Of a stretch of 64,000 bases of DNA, positions 11,560 to 21,245 are shown in pieces. Numbering within the stretch: position 1 is the stretch's first letter; each line of letters starts with the position of its first letter. The stretch lies in NCBI GenBank assembly GCA_963794945.1, contig CAWCFT010000006.1:64001-128000 (forward strand). The letters are read 5' to 3'. This DNA comes from Endomicrobiales bacterium (lineage in GTDB: Bacteria > Elusimicrobiota > Endomicrobiia > Endomicrobiales > CAWCFT01). The notes under the pieces were generated by a model that saw only the letters and a program-made list of their open reading frames with translations, was not told the origin of the DNA and made no database searches. Both the position numbers and the translations under genes were made by a program.

Positions 11560-12258
11560 TCATCTAGCAACCGAATATGTTGACAGGTCATTTATAGCAA
11601 GTTTGGCTTCGATCGATTCCACTCTTCTTAAAGTAATTTCAAAACTGTCCTCACCCAATAGTTCGTTTTCTTCATCTATAAATTTGCTTCCAAGATCGTC
11701 ATATTCTTTCTCTGACAGGGCTTTGCGGAATGCCGGAAATATTACCGTATCTTCCCGCGATTCATGCGCCCTGAACATTTTTACGATTAAAGCCAGTTTC
11801 TCTGCAATTATATTTTTGCCTGCCGGATCGTTCGTTTCTTCTTTCTTGATTATGAAATCCGTAAGCTCTCTGCCTATTTTGTGTTGTTCTAACAGTACCG
11901 CGACTGTGCCCCGAAGCTCCACGTCTTTTCTGACTACTGGAAAAATATATTTTTCTTCGAGTTTCTCATGGCAGTCTTCTAAAGAATGCATTATACCTGC
12001 GGTATCTGCCAGAACGCCGTAAGGGGTCTTAATATTATTATCCAATCTTTGGATTATTTCATCGTAGATAAGCAGGAGCCTTTCGAGCAGGCCGTGCACT
12101 CTCATCAGATCCTCAAGAGGAGAAACCTGACTGCCTTGTTCGTTGCTTACAACTTCTGGCTCTCGCACTGCCTGGGTAAAAACGTATGTGCCAGCAGCAG
12201 CGCATATAGTGGCAACTTTTATCATTGCCTGCAGATAATCATATTTGTAGATGTCCAT
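11560..12258 (-). CDS. Hemerythrin/HHE-domain protein
   Basis: EDLMRVHGLLERLL, HEKLEEKYIFP, LLEQHKIGR, HESREDTVIFP. Confidence 0.85.
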   Translation of the reverse strand: MDIYKYDYLQAMIKVATICAAAGTYVFTQAVREPEVVSNEQGSQVSPLEDLMRVHGLLERLLLIYDEIIQRLDNNIKTPYGVLADTAGIMHSLEDCHEKLEEKYIFPVVRKDVELRGTVAVLLEQHKIGRELTDFIIKKEETNDPAGKNIIAEKLALIVKMFRAHESREDTVIFPAFRKALSEKEYDDLGSKFIDEENELLGEDSFEITLRRVESIEAKLAINDLSTYSVAR

Positions 12259-12267
12259 AGACCCTCA

Positions 12268-12477
12268 TCAAACGAACATGCCGTTCACACAAAAATAACC
12301 GCCGCCCAGCTTGTATTCTTTCCACAAGTCGCATTTCCCGCAAATACAACCCTTTTTCTCGTAATTCTGCTTGCTTTTCCCGGCTGAACAAAAAAACCCT
12401 TCATTATCTCCAAGATAACTCGGGCAGTCTCCGCAAATACATTTCTTGCTGTTCGGGACTGTGTTGGGTACTTTCAT
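12268..12477 (-). CDS. DUF2769-like Cys-rich small protein
   Basis: CICGDCPSY..FFCSAGKS..GCICGKC..YFC. Confidence 0.8.
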   Translation of the reverse strand: MKVPNTVPNSKKCICGDCPSYLGDNEGFFCSAGKSKQNYEKKGCICGKCDLWKEYKLGGGYFCVNGMFV

Positions 12478-12488
12478 TTCGTGCCTCC

Positions 12489-13301
12489 TTAATACCGGCT
12501 TTTATTTTTCGCTACGAATATTTCATTAAAAAACGACCTCATTGCCTTCCATGAACGCTTATCTGCATTCTGGTTGTACGCTATACCTTTGGAGTTGTCG
12601 TTCCCGTTGGAAGGGTTACTAAAACCATGGACAGCCCCGCTGTACTCAATGAGCTGCCAGTCTACTTTGGCATCACTAAGTTCCTTCTCCAGTGCCGGCA
12701 CGACGGGCTTAGTATAAGCATCGTCCGCACCCTGCAGAACCAGTATCTTGCCTTTTATATTTTTCGCGTCTTCCGGGGTGGGCGTATCAAGATTGCCGTG
12801 GAAGCAGACCGTGCCGAGGATAGGAGCCCCGCTGCGCGCTAGTTCCAGCGCCACACCACCGCCGAAACAATAGCCTATAGCAGCTATTTGCGAAGTGTTA
12901 ACTATCGATTGGTTTTTTAATTCTTCAAGGCCGGCCAGAGCTCTGCGCCGCATTAGTGCCCTGTCAGCGCGGTATATTCCAGTTAGTTTTATCGCTTCGT
13001 CAACAGTTTTTGCTCTAACTCCTTTTCCGTAAATATCTGGACAAAATGCCGCGTATCCCAATCTGGCAAGCTGTTCCGCCCTCATTTTTATGTAGTCGTT
13101 GATACCCCACCATTCGTGAATGACTAACACTCCGGGAAGTTTCCCGCCGGCCGCGTCATCGTAGGCCAAAAATCCCTCAAGCGCGGTGTCGCCTTCTTTG
13201 TATTCGATCTTTTTTGTAACGATTTTAGCTGATATGATTGCGGAGAAAAATACTATTAATACCAGCGCAATGGCGGCTGAAAATATCTGGTTCCTGCTCA
13301 T
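12489..13301 (-). CDS. Dienelactone hydrolase family protein (signal peptide)
   Basis: HEWWG, GYCFGG, GADD, AVHGF. Confidence 0.92.
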   Translation of the reverse strand: MSRNQIFSAAIALVLIVFFSAIISAKIVTKKIEYKEGDTALEGFLAYDDAAGGKLPGVLVIHEWWGINDYIKMRAEQLARLGYAAFCPDIYGKGVRAKTVDEAIKLTGIYRADRALMRRRALAGLEELKNQSIVNTSQIAAIGYCFGGGVALELARSGAPILGTVCFHGNLDTPTPEDAKNIKGKILVLQGADDAYTKPVVPALEKELSDAKVDWQLIEYSGAVHGFSNPSNGNDNSKGIAYNQNADKRSWKAMRSFFNEIFVAKNKSRY

Positions 13302-13335
13302 CGTGCACCACCTTAATTCCTCTTGTCACTACCTC

Positions 13336-13397
13336 ATGATACAAATATAGCAGCGGCCATTTGAATGCCTCAACTCTTCCGCAGCCTGACTTTTTTC
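13336..13397 (-). promoter_or_regulatory. Tandem-box promoter (island regulon copy 1)
   Basis: GAAAAAAGTCAG-N9-GAGTTGAGGCAT-N23-TATCAT upstream of the dienelactone hydrolase operon. Confidence 0.6.
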
Positions 13398-13413
13398 TAC
13401 TAATAGACCATGC

Positions 13414-13474
13414 GATAAAAGTCATCTAAATGAGGAATGTAACTATTTTGCCGTGTAAAAGCGTTTTGTATAAT
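13414..13474 (+). promoter_or_regulatory. Tandem-box promoter (copy 2)
   Basis: GATAAAAGTCAT-N9-GAATGTAACTAT-N22-TATAAT upstream of the beta-barrel gene. Confidence 0.7.
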
Positions 13475-13513
13475 TACGTGAAGTTCATATCGAACTAGGT
13501 AAACGGAGGAGGC

Positions 13514-14275
13514 ATGATGAAGTTAACAGCTTTTATCGCGTTTATAACTATATCATCATCATCGGTGGCTTGGGCTTACGCGGCCGACAGCACGCAGAAA
13601 AACATGAGCCTTGAATTTTGGGGCGGATACACAACTGTTGGCATGGGCGACGTGAACAACGCGCTGAAGAACGCCGCATCCGGAGGCTCGGTAACCGAGG
13701 TCAAGGATGGCACGTTGATCGGCGCTGACTTCCTTTATAAACTGATACCAGGCGTACCAAAACTATCTCTTGGCCCTAGGATAGAATATCTTTTCATTTC
13801 TAGCGGAAAGCTTTCTCAATCTAACCCTCTCCTCAATATAACCGATGATTATTATGTCATACCGATCATGGTCGGCGGCAAGTATTTACTTGTTGAGAAC
13901 GGCAATTGGTCGCTCAGCGGAGCCCTGTTCCTGGGCTTGGGAATGGGATACGGCAAATCAACAGTGATTTCGGCAGCCGATCCATCTAATCAGCACATAA
14001 CGAATTTTTCGGGCAGCGATATGACCGGGCTTCTGATGGCGGACGGACAATACCGCATTGACACCAATACTTTTATCGGGGTTGACCTTGGCTATAGGAT
14101 GCTGAACATTTCTCAGATGAGCGTGGACAGCACTTCTATATCCAGCACGGCAAGCGGAAGCAACAATTCCGGATATGCCCCCGCCCGCGCGCCCGTTGTC
14201 AACGCTTCGGGTAATACAGTCAAATATGATTTCAGCGGTATAGTAATAAATATCGGCATAAACTTTATGTTCTAA
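13514..14275 (+). CDS. Outer-membrane beta-barrel protein
   Basis: GGAGGAGG RBS, signal peptide, amphipathic strands, C-terminal ..INIGINFMF. Confidence 0.8.
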   Translation: MMKLTAFIAFITISSSSVAWAYAADSTQKNMSLEFWGGYTTVGMGDVNNALKNAASGGSVTEVKDGTLIGADFLYKLIPGVPKLSLGPRIEYLFISSGKLSQSNPLLNITDDYYVIPIMVGGKYLLVENGNWSLSGALFLGLGMGYGKSTVISAADPSNQHITNFSGSDMTGLLMADGQYRIDTNTFIGVDLGYRMLNISQMSVDSTSISSTASGSNNSGYAPARAPVVNASGNTVKYDFSGIVINIGINFMF

Positions 14276-14352
14276 GATTTTTGCCGGGATAACCGGATAT
14301 CCGGGTACGGCGGTACATATATGATACAATTATGGCGTCTAAGTAGAAGCCG

Positions 14353-15768
14353 ATGAAAGTACTTGTTATAAACTCTAACAATACACTGAACCCGATTCCG
14401 GTAATGCCGGCCGGCGCCTGCATGGTAGCAGAGTCGGCCGAACGCGCGGGCCACAATGTGAGGTTTCTAGACCTTACATTCGAAAAATACCCCGTTGACA
14501 TAGTCCGTCGCGAGGTTGCACGATTCTCTCCTGAAGCCATAGGCATTTCGGTCAGAAACATAGACAATAACCAGATGCCGTCACCCTCCTCCTGCTATAA
14601 GAATGTTAAAAAAATAACAGATACAATACGTGATATTTCAAAGGCCACGGTAATACTTGGCGGAACCGCCTTAGGTATAATGCCCGAAGCTTATCTTTCA
14701 CTCACCGGCGCGGAGTGCGCGGTAACTGGCCCGGGAGAAACCGTATTTCCAAAAATATTAAACTGCCTCGACAATGGAACACCGTTTGAGGGTTTGGATG
14801 GCGTAGTTACTCTAGCGAACATCAAACAATGTAATTCTTCCGATTCCGAGGTACTTCCAAAAACACCGGATTTCCGGCGCTGGCTCGATACCAGTGCTTA
14901 CATATCAAGGCTCGCGAGCGCACCTGTTCAATCCAAGCGGGGATGCCCGTTCGAGTGTGTTTACTGCACGTACGGCATGTGCGAAGGCGGCAAGCCATTG
15001 TTATGCGACCCCGTGGAAACTGTAAGCCAGATAGCTTTACTTTCGGATGATGGGTTTAAAGATATAGAATTTACCGATGCGGTATTTAATTACCCCTATG
15101 AACACGCGATGAATATATGCAAAGAACTGACAAGCGCGCGCACCGGCGTCAAACTTCAAACTTACAACCTCAACCCGCGTTACATAGACTCAGAACTTCT
15201 AGATTCCATGGAAAAAACCGGCTTCAATGCTATTGGGGTATCGGCTGAAAGCGGTTCGGACAAAGTTCTTAAAGGGTTGAGAAAGAACTATTCCGCCAAA
15301 CAGCTTGAAAAAGCAGGTGAAGCCATATTGAGGAGCAGCCTGCCATGTTTCTGGATGTTCATTCTGGGTGGCCCCGGAGAAACCGATGAAACAATAGATG
15401 ACACCTTCCAATTCGCGCAGAAATACGTTAAACCGCAGGACGTCGTGCTTATGAGCAATGGCCTGAGGATATACCATGGCACAGAGCTTGAAGCTATAGC
15501 CCGCCGAGAGGGAGTTTTAAAAGCAGCGGCAGCGAACATGATCGAACCGTTCACCTATGTATCCCCAAGAGTAGAAGCCTCGGCAATTGCCGCACGAATT
15601 AAAACGGCGCTCGACACAAACATGAATTATATAGACCCATCACTGATGCAGGCAAATATAGTTGATAAGATCCTGCCGCTTATCAATTTCTTTGGGCTGA
15701 GGGCGCCCTTATGGAAATATACAGGTTTATTCCGCTCATCTTTGCGAACTATAGGAGTAACAATATGA
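14353..15768 (+). CDS. Cobalamin-binding radical SAM protein
   Basis: N-terminal B12-binding domain (GISVRNIDN, ILGG), KRGCPFECVYC, ESGS, GGPGET. Confidence 0.92.
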   Translation: MKVLVINSNNTLNPIPVMPAGACMVAESAERAGHNVRFLDLTFEKYPVDIVRREVARFSPEAIGISVRNIDNNQMPSPSSCYKNVKKITDTIRDISKATVILGGTALGIMPEAYLSLTGAECAVTGPGETVFPKILNCLDNGTPFEGLDGVVTLANIKQCNSSDSEVLPKTPDFRRWLDTSAYISRLASAPVQSKRGCPFECVYCTYGMCEGGKPLLCDPVETVSQIALLSDDGFKDIEFTDAVFNYPYEHAMNICKELTSARTGVKLQTYNLNPRYIDSELLDSMEKTGFNAIGVSAESGSDKVLKGLRKNYSAKQLEKAGEAILRSSLPCFWMFILGGPGETDETIDDTFQFAQKYVKPQDVVLMSNGLRIYHGTELEAIARREGVLKAAAANMIEPFTYVSPRVEASAIAARIKTALDTNMNYIDPSLMQANIVDKILPLINFFGLRAPLWKYTGLFRSSLRTIGVTI

Positions 15769-16823
15769 ACACGCAGAAACAGCATCTAGCATCGGTAGCA
15801 GTCGCTACGCCCACTTGTGTTATATCGCAGGAACAGGCTGCCGAATTCGTTGAAAAGCATTACGACGGCAAACTGAAAAGGAGCTCCCTGAGCATTGCCC
15901 GCAAGGTTTTTTGTCATCCGAGCATTAAACAACGGAGCTTCGCTTTTAACAGCCCTTCCGTGCTCTTAGATGAAAGCCCGGACTCCAGGGTTGAAAGGTT
16001 CACGGAATATGCCGTCAAACTTTCCGCTCAGGCAGCCAATAAAGCATTAAAAGAAGCAGGGTTAGACCCTGGAAACGTTACTGCTCTGGTGGTGAACACC
16101 TGCACCGGGTACATCTGCCCGGGTATATCGACTTACCTTATCGAAACAATGGGCCTGCGGCCGGATATAAGGGCCTATGATCTGGTAGGTTCTGGTTGCG
16201 GTGGCGCGATACCCAACCTTCAGCTTTGCGGTTCAATATTAAAGGAAGAAAATGATGGAGTGGTGCTGAGCGTTTCGGTTGAGATCTGCAGCAGCACATT
16301 CCAGATGGACAATGACCTGAGCCTTATAGTTTCGAACGCCCTTTTCGGCGATGGGGCGGCGGCAGCGGTTTATTGGAACAAACCGCAGGGCATGTCGATA
16401 ATCGGGTCAGCCAGTTTTTTTGAGCCTAAGTACAGGGAAGATATAAGGTTTATTCATAAGGACGGCCAGCTGCATAACCAGCTGTCAAAAAACCTTCCTG
16501 CGCTCGTGGCCCCTGCAGTTAAAGCGGCGGTTGACAAATTGTTGGGCTCGTTAGGCATGACGCGAGCCGATATCTCCCGCTGGGCGCTCCATCCTGGTGG
16601 AGAGAATGTTATCAATGCGGTAAAGGAAGAAATGGAACTTACGGAAGAACAACTTGAGCCTACCAGGCGGGTGCTTTCAGAGTACGGGAACATGTCGTCC
16701 CCTACGGTGTGGTTCGTTATGAAACAAATAATGGATCAGGGTATTTCTCCGGGCGGGCTCTGTCTAGCCGTAGCTTTTGGGGCGGGTTTTTCAGTCCATA
16801 CCTGCCTTTTCCGCGCGAACTGA
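15765..16823 (+). CDS. Type III polyketide synthase
   Basis: Catalytic triad Cys (GSGCGG), His (WALHPGG), Asn (YGNMSSPT); ALFGDGAAA, AFGAGF; ATGA overlap with upstream stop. Confidence 0.93.
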   Translation: MNTQKQHLASVAVATPTCVISQEQAAEFVEKHYDGKLKRSSLSIARKVFCHPSIKQRSFAFNSPSVLLDESPDSRVERFTEYAVKLSAQAANKALKEAGLDPGNVTALVVNTCTGYICPGISTYLIETMGLRPDIRAYDLVGSGCGGAIPNLQLCGSILKEENDGVVLSVSVEICSSTFQMDNDLSLIVSNALFGDGAAAAVYWNKPQGMSIIGSASFFEPKYREDIRFIHKDGQLHNQLSKNLPALVAPAVKAAVDKLLGSLGMTRADISRWALHPGGENVINAVKEEMELTEEQLEPTRRVLSEYGNMSSPTVWFVMKQIMDQGISPGGLCLAVAFGAGFSVHTCLFRAN

Positions 16824-16953
16824 CTTAGTACGTCCGGCTCAAATGGATCAACATCCCAGTTCCTGAAAAATTGATCCAAACGCGCCTTCGCGCTGTCAAG
16901 ATAGAACCTATTTTACAAGTATTATTTCAATACCACCCCAAAAACACCGGCTT

Positions 16954-17397
16954 TCATAGACCGAGCAGAAGTGATAGCTCTGAAACGTGTTCCTCTTCAT
17001 CTATAATAATATGGCGTATATCATGTTCGAGCCTTTCAAAAGTATACTCGAGATCTTTCTTGTTTTCCGTAACTTTCTGGTATACCTGCTTGTAATAATT
17101 AATAGCGTCTTTTTCACCTTTGAGGTTTACTTCCAGAATACTTTTAAGGCCGTTTGCCCTATGGGTTTCGGCAAGGTCCATTAGCGGCTCACCGTTCAAA
17201 TAGTTGCCTATAAGATTGCGGAACATCTCTTCGTGTTTTTGCTCGTCAGATGCTATTTCCTGTAGCCTCTTTATAAGCGATTCGGCATTTTCGCCTTTTA
17301 TCAATTCCGCATGAGCCAGATACTGGATACGCGCGGCATGTTCCAGCCGCAGGCCCTGGTTAAGCATGTCAATAAGTTCTTTCTCGATCTTAGTCAT
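16954..17397 (-). CDS. Ferritin-like domain protein
   Basis: EHAARIQYLAH, DEQKH, EKDAINYY, DEEEH di-iron motifs; RBS GGAGGA. Confidence 0.88.
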   Translation of the reverse strand: MTKIEKELIDMLNQGLRLEHAARIQYLAHAELIKGENAESLIKRLQEIASDEQKHEEMFRNLIGNYLNGEPLMDLAETHRANGLKSILEVNLKGEKDAINYYKQVYQKVTENKKDLEYTFERLEHDIRHIIIDEEEHVSELSLLLGL

Positions 17398-17493
17398 TTT
17401 ATCCTCCAACGTTCTTCTTAATAGTTCGGCAAACAAGAACATAGCAATGAAACATTGTTATTTATAATGTTTAAGAAAATTACAGTGCAATTA

Positions 17494-17727
17494 TCACGCA
17501 AATACGGTTTCGTGAATTTTTTTGTCCACTTTTGTCTTATCATCTATGTAATCCATATCACTGTTAGACTCAATGCTTACGAATTCCTTTTTCGTGTTAC
17601 CGCAAGCCGGACAGGCCCAGTTTGAAGGCAGGTCTTCGTACTTGACCCATGGCCTTATGCCGCTTTCAGTGTCGCCCTCACGTTCATCATAAATATAGTC
17701 ACAAGTTTTGCATATCCAAATTTTCAT
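17494..17727 (-). CDS. Rubredoxin
   Basis: WICKTCDYIYD..GD..EDLPSNWACPACG..KKEF. Confidence 0.92.
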   Translation of the reverse strand: MKIWICKTCDYIYDEREGDTESGIRPWVKYEDLPSNWACPACGNTKKEFVSIESNSDMDYIDDKTKVDKKIHETVFA

Positions 17728-17765
17728 TTTTTCCTCCCTGTAGTTACATTGTTTTATCATTTACC

Positions 17766-17947
17766 TTACAATTCGCAGTGCATCGGCTCGCGCAGCAAAG
17801 CAGTTCGTGATCGCCACCGCAATCACAGCATTGGTCTACCATGACAGTCAGTCCGCATTCGGCACAGGTGAACTTACTTCCTTTTTTCAACTCGGCAGAA
17901 CTTTTGGCGCGAGCTTTTTTACTATTTTTGCGCTTTTTCATACTCAT
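17766..17947 (-). CDS. Small desulforedoxin-like Cys-rich protein (needs +1 G near 17791)
   Basis: KFTCAECGLTVMVDQCCDCGGDHELLCC then alternative frame (G)EPMHCEL*, matching the CxxC...CCGxxM desulforedoxin pattern. Confidence 0.6.
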
Positions 17948-18322
17948 CACCCCCCCTGCAATAATATTTTCTATCTCCAATACGATCTTATCAGGGTTTA
18001 TAGGCTTTGTTATGCACTTCTTAACCCCGCATATTTCGTTTAAAAGACTGTATTCTTCCTGAGTATAATAACCCGTCATAGCTATCACCGGTATCTTTTT
18101 GGCTTCCGGCATGCTTTTAAGCCTGTCCGCAACCTGGAAACCGCTAACGTTGTTCATTTTGAGGTCAAGCAAGATGGCGTCCGGCATGACACCATTGATC
18201 ATTTTTAGAGCGCTATCGCCATCGCAAAACGACGTTACGTCAAATCCGTTTGAAACCAACAGTTCTGTAAGTTCCTGAAGGAATTCTTTATCATCATCCA
18301 CTACCATAATTTTCTTTTTCAT
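17947..18322 (-). CDS. Single-domain response regulator (fused to next ORF by an extra G in a G7 run)
   Basis: IMVVDDD, ILLDLKM, IAMTG, ITKP; GGG GGG TGA stop restored if the run is G6. Confidence 0.85.
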
Positions 18323-18393
18323 TTAGTTTGCTTATGCTATCTGGGAAGTATTTATTATATTGTATAAATGCTCTACCAACTATTGCTGCCGTG

Positions 18394-19284
18394 TCAAACC
18401 ATCGCAGGATAAATATCATTGATCGAATCGATAACCCTCAGGCCTTTTTCCCTGCCGAGTTTTTTGGCCTTCTGTATTGCCTCTCGGGGAGAAAGCAGGC
18501 TATCGATATATTTTATGCTGGGCTCCAGCCGTATAATATGCCATGGGATATCACGCCCAACACCGGCTATGAATTCAGCTATCCCTTTAAGGTCATAGTC
18601 TGAATCGTTCTTACCGGGCACGACCGTGGTGTAGACCTCGAATTTAAGCTCCAAGCGTCTTAAGTACTTTATAGTCTCAAGCACAGGACTTACTTTCGCA
18701 CAGCATACTTCCTTATAAAAATAGTCCCTCATGCTCATAAGGTTGACCATATAAACATCAATATAGGGTTTTATGATGTCCAAGGCTTCTTTTGTCATGT
18801 AACCGTTGGTCGCCATAGCGTTCTTGATATTTGATTTTTTAGCGAGCTTTGCGATGTCATACATGTACTCGAAATACACCGTGGGTTCAGAGTATCCAAA
18901 ACTTATATACTGGCAGTTGTTTTCAAGAGCATTCTCGACTATATCACGTGGGTTCAGCTCGTATCCAAGCTTATCGTTCAAATCCGTTTTTGATATCTGC
19001 GAGATATGCCGGCAGTTGCAATAGGTGCATTTAAAATTACATCCTGCCACAGCGAGCGAATAGATGTTTTTCCCGAGACTAAACAAACGACTACTTCCGG
19101 CAGCTGCTTCCACATCCGCTTCGATAACTTCTCCGTAGGCCGAAGTAAAGAGGTTTCCACAGATATTTGACCGGACCCCGCACACACCCCACCGGCCGTT
19201 ATCCACGCGGCAATGATGCGCGCATAGATAGCAATGAACCGAGCCGTCACTGTTATTTTCATAAAGCATTGCTTCTTTTTTCAT
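18394..19284 (-). CDS. amrS: AmmeMemoRadiSam-type radical SAM enzyme (divergent)
   Basis: MKKEAMLYE..VHCYLCAHHC..GVCGVR, GCNFKCTYC, YSEPTVYFEYMYD, TNGYM, IPWH. Confidence 0.78.
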   Translation of the reverse strand: MKKEAMLYENNSDGSVHCYLCAHHCRVDNGRWGVCGVRSNICGNLFTSAYGEVIEADVEAAAGSSRLFSLGKNIYSLAVAGCNFKCTYCNCRHISQISKTDLNDKLGYELNPRDIVENALENNCQYISFGYSEPTVYFEYMYDIAKLAKKSNIKNAMATNGYMTKEALDIIKPYIDVYMVNLMSMRDYFYKEVCCAKVSPVLETIKYLRRLELKFEVYTTVVPGKNDSDYDLKGIAEFIAGVGRDIPWHIIRLEPSIKYIDSLLSPREAIQKAKKLGREKGLRVIDSINDIYPAMV

Positions 19285-19931
19285 TTCCCCGGCCGCCTTG
19301 ATTTCTTTAGTGTATTTAGTACTTCCTGATCGCTGAGATCGTGAAAGTCTTTATAAAATGACGCGATAGCGAACTGAGAAGCATCGCTTACGTGCAGGCA
19401 AATAACGCTTTCGGCCTCTTTCGCTGCCATTTCGTATGCTTCCCTATGCGCTACCGGTACAGCGACCAGCGTCTTTAACGCTTTTCTGCTGCGAGCAAAC
19501 CTTAGAGCGCCCAGCATAGTGTAACCTGTTGCAAGCCCGTCGTCTGTTATAATCACAGAGTTTTCGCTTAGCTCGGGAAACCGCCTGTTCCCCCTGTAAA
19601 CCTTGTCTCTCCGGAGAACTTCCGAATAAACGTCCTCTACTATTGAGTCGATCCCATTTTGTTCAAGGAACAGGCCTTGCAGCAGGTCTCTGTTTAAAAT
19701 AACTTCCTTATCCAGAGTTACAACACCGAATCCCATTTGATCGTTTTCCGGAATTGGTAGTTTACGTAACGTTATTGGCTCCAAATCGCACGATAAACTA
19801 TGAGCTATCGGATAACCAACCTCAATTCCACCCCTCGGAATACCGAGTACTATTGGTTTTTTTACGTTAATTGCTTCAACCCGTTTTGCCAGTCTTTCAC
19901 CTGCGTCCTGTCTGTTTTTAAACAGAACCAT
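19281..19931 (-). CDS. Phosphoribosyltransferase family protein
   Basis: FKNRQDAG, LGIPRGG, IITDDGLATG PRPP loop, VAVPVA. Confidence 0.92.
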   Translation of the reverse strand: MVLFKNRQDAGERLAKRVEAINVKKPIVLGIPRGGIEVGYPIAHSLSCDLEPITLRKLPIPENDQMGFGVVTLDKEVILNRDLLQGLFLEQNGIDSIVEDVYSEVLRRDKVYRGNRRFPELSENSVIITDDGLATGYTMLGALRFARSRKALKTLVAVPVAHREAYEMAAKEAESVICLHVSDASQFAIASFYKDFHDLSDQEVLNTLKKSRRPGK

Positions 19932-19940
19932 TGATAGCCT

Positions 19941-20057
19941 CTAAATGCTCTTGACCCTATAACATTGCAATATTTTCCTTAGCTCTTTTATTGACAGCCT
20001 AAAGAATACCGCGAACCATAATGAAATTAAAGAGATTATAACCGAGAATAATATCAT
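19941..20057 (-). CDS. Possible 38-aa single-TM small protein
   Basis: MILFSVIISLISLWFAVFFRLSIKELRKILQCYRVKSI* fills the hsp20-PRTase gap; no clear RBS. Confidence 0.3.
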   Translation of the reverse strand: MILFSVIISLISLWFAVFFRLSIKELRKILQCYRVKSI

Positions 20058-20098
20058 CTTATAAACCTGTTAAACTTCCCCATCCCGCGACGGCGGAC

Positions 20099-20545
20099 CT
20101 ATTTCACGTTTATTTTTATCTCGCCGCTCCCGGCTTCTTCTTTTTTAGGCATGGCGATCTTTAAAACACCGTTTTTATACTCGGCGTTGACTTTTGAAAT
20201 ATCAACCTTACCTGGAAGTTTAACTTCCCGGTAGAGGCTTCCTTCGTAGCGTTCACTGTAATAGAAGTCTTTCCTCTTTTCTTCGTTAGATACTTCCCTT
20301 TTCGCTGACACTGTAAGAAGATCATCTTTTACGCTTACGTTTATGTCCTTGGCCTCCATACCGGGTATGTCCGTTTCGACGAATATCGTGTTTTTGTCGT
20401 CCCACATGTCCATGGACGGGACGGAAAGGTCTTTGTCCCACGCGAACGGAGTCCTGTTAAACGCTGTGCTGAGAAGTTTCTCAACATCATCACGGACAGT
20501 GTCGTAGGGGTTACGGCTGTTTCTTATGAAAGGTACTATCTTCAT
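20099..20545 (-). CDS. Hsp20/alpha-crystallin small heat-shock protein
   Basis: DIPGM, ERYEG, AEYKNGVLKIAMPK. Confidence 0.95.
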   Translation of the reverse strand: MKIVPFIRNSRNPYDTVRDDVEKLLSTAFNRTPFAWDKDLSVPSMDMWDDKNTIFVETDIPGMEAKDINVSVKDDLLTVSAKREVSNEEKRKDFYYSERYEGSLYREVKLPGKVDISKVNAEYKNGVLKIAMPKKEEAGSGEIKINVK

Positions 20546-20580
20546 GGCTTCCTCCTTATTCTCATTGTTTATATTACCCT

Positions 20581-21043
20581 TTATCCGGGGTCTGATGTTA
20601 GAGATCGATTTGTGTATTGCTTGCTTGAAATGGCTCCCATGGAGGTTTGTTCCCAGGACGTACTTATTTTTGCGTTAAAATGCTTGTCGATTGTTAATAA
20701 CAGCGCTTGGGGGTCGAAAGGTTTGATGAGGAAATCACTTATGCCAAGGGAAAGAGTGAACTTTTTGTGCTGCTGCTCGGTGTAATAGCCCGTCATCGCG
20801 ATGACCGGTATATTCACTGTCCCTGCAAAATGTTTTCAGGTCATCAGCTATCTGAAAACCGCTTTTCCCGGACATTTTCAGGTCAAGAAGTATAACCTCC
20901 GGCTGTATTTCCTCTGCGACCCTTACAGCGCGCGAGGTGTCATCGAGCACCTCGGCATCGTAGCCGTTTAATTGAAGCATAGTTTTAAGCTCGTTTAGCA
21001 ACGTACGATCATCATCAATGATAAGCACCGTTTTCTTCTTCAC
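20581..21043 (-). CDS. Single-domain response regulator (one homopolymer frameshift near 20835)
   Basis: VLIIDDD, ILLDLKM / IPVIAMTGYY, LIKPF; paralog of 17947-18322. Confidence 0.85.
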
Positions 21044-21058
21044 AATTCCCTCATCGTA

Positions 21059-21119
21059 AATATAGCTTTTATGACAATTAGCTCCAATCGTTTTTTTCTT
21101 CTATTTACTGACTTTTTTC
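21059..21119 (-). promoter_or_regulatory. Tandem-box promoter (copy 3)
   Basis: GAAAAAAGTCAG-N9-GAAAAAAACGAT-N22-TATATT. Confidence 0.72.
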
Positions 21120-21190
21120 CATCCCTGGGAAAAACCTGGTTTAATATATCTTCTAATGGCCACAAAATATATACATAAATCCCATATGGA

Positions 21191-21231
21191 AAAAAGCGCA
21201 TTTCCCCGTGGTTAACGGGTAAATGCGCTTT
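21191..21231 (-). terminator. Intrinsic terminator after kinase operon
   Basis: AAAGCGCATTT-CCCGT...ACGGG-AAATGCGCTTT hairpin with T-tail on minus strand. Confidence 0.75.
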
Positions 21232-21245
21232 AAATGCCGACCCCT

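Noticed and set aside
14288..14330. Tenth tandem-box promoter in front of the radical SAM gene
   Set aside because: A TG-A-TACAAT -10 is present, but box spacing is off by two bases and no box1 is recognisable.
17744..18322. Receiver-Cys-rich fusion protein
   Set aside because: The junction is a G7 run; G6 yields a TGATG stop/start overlap.
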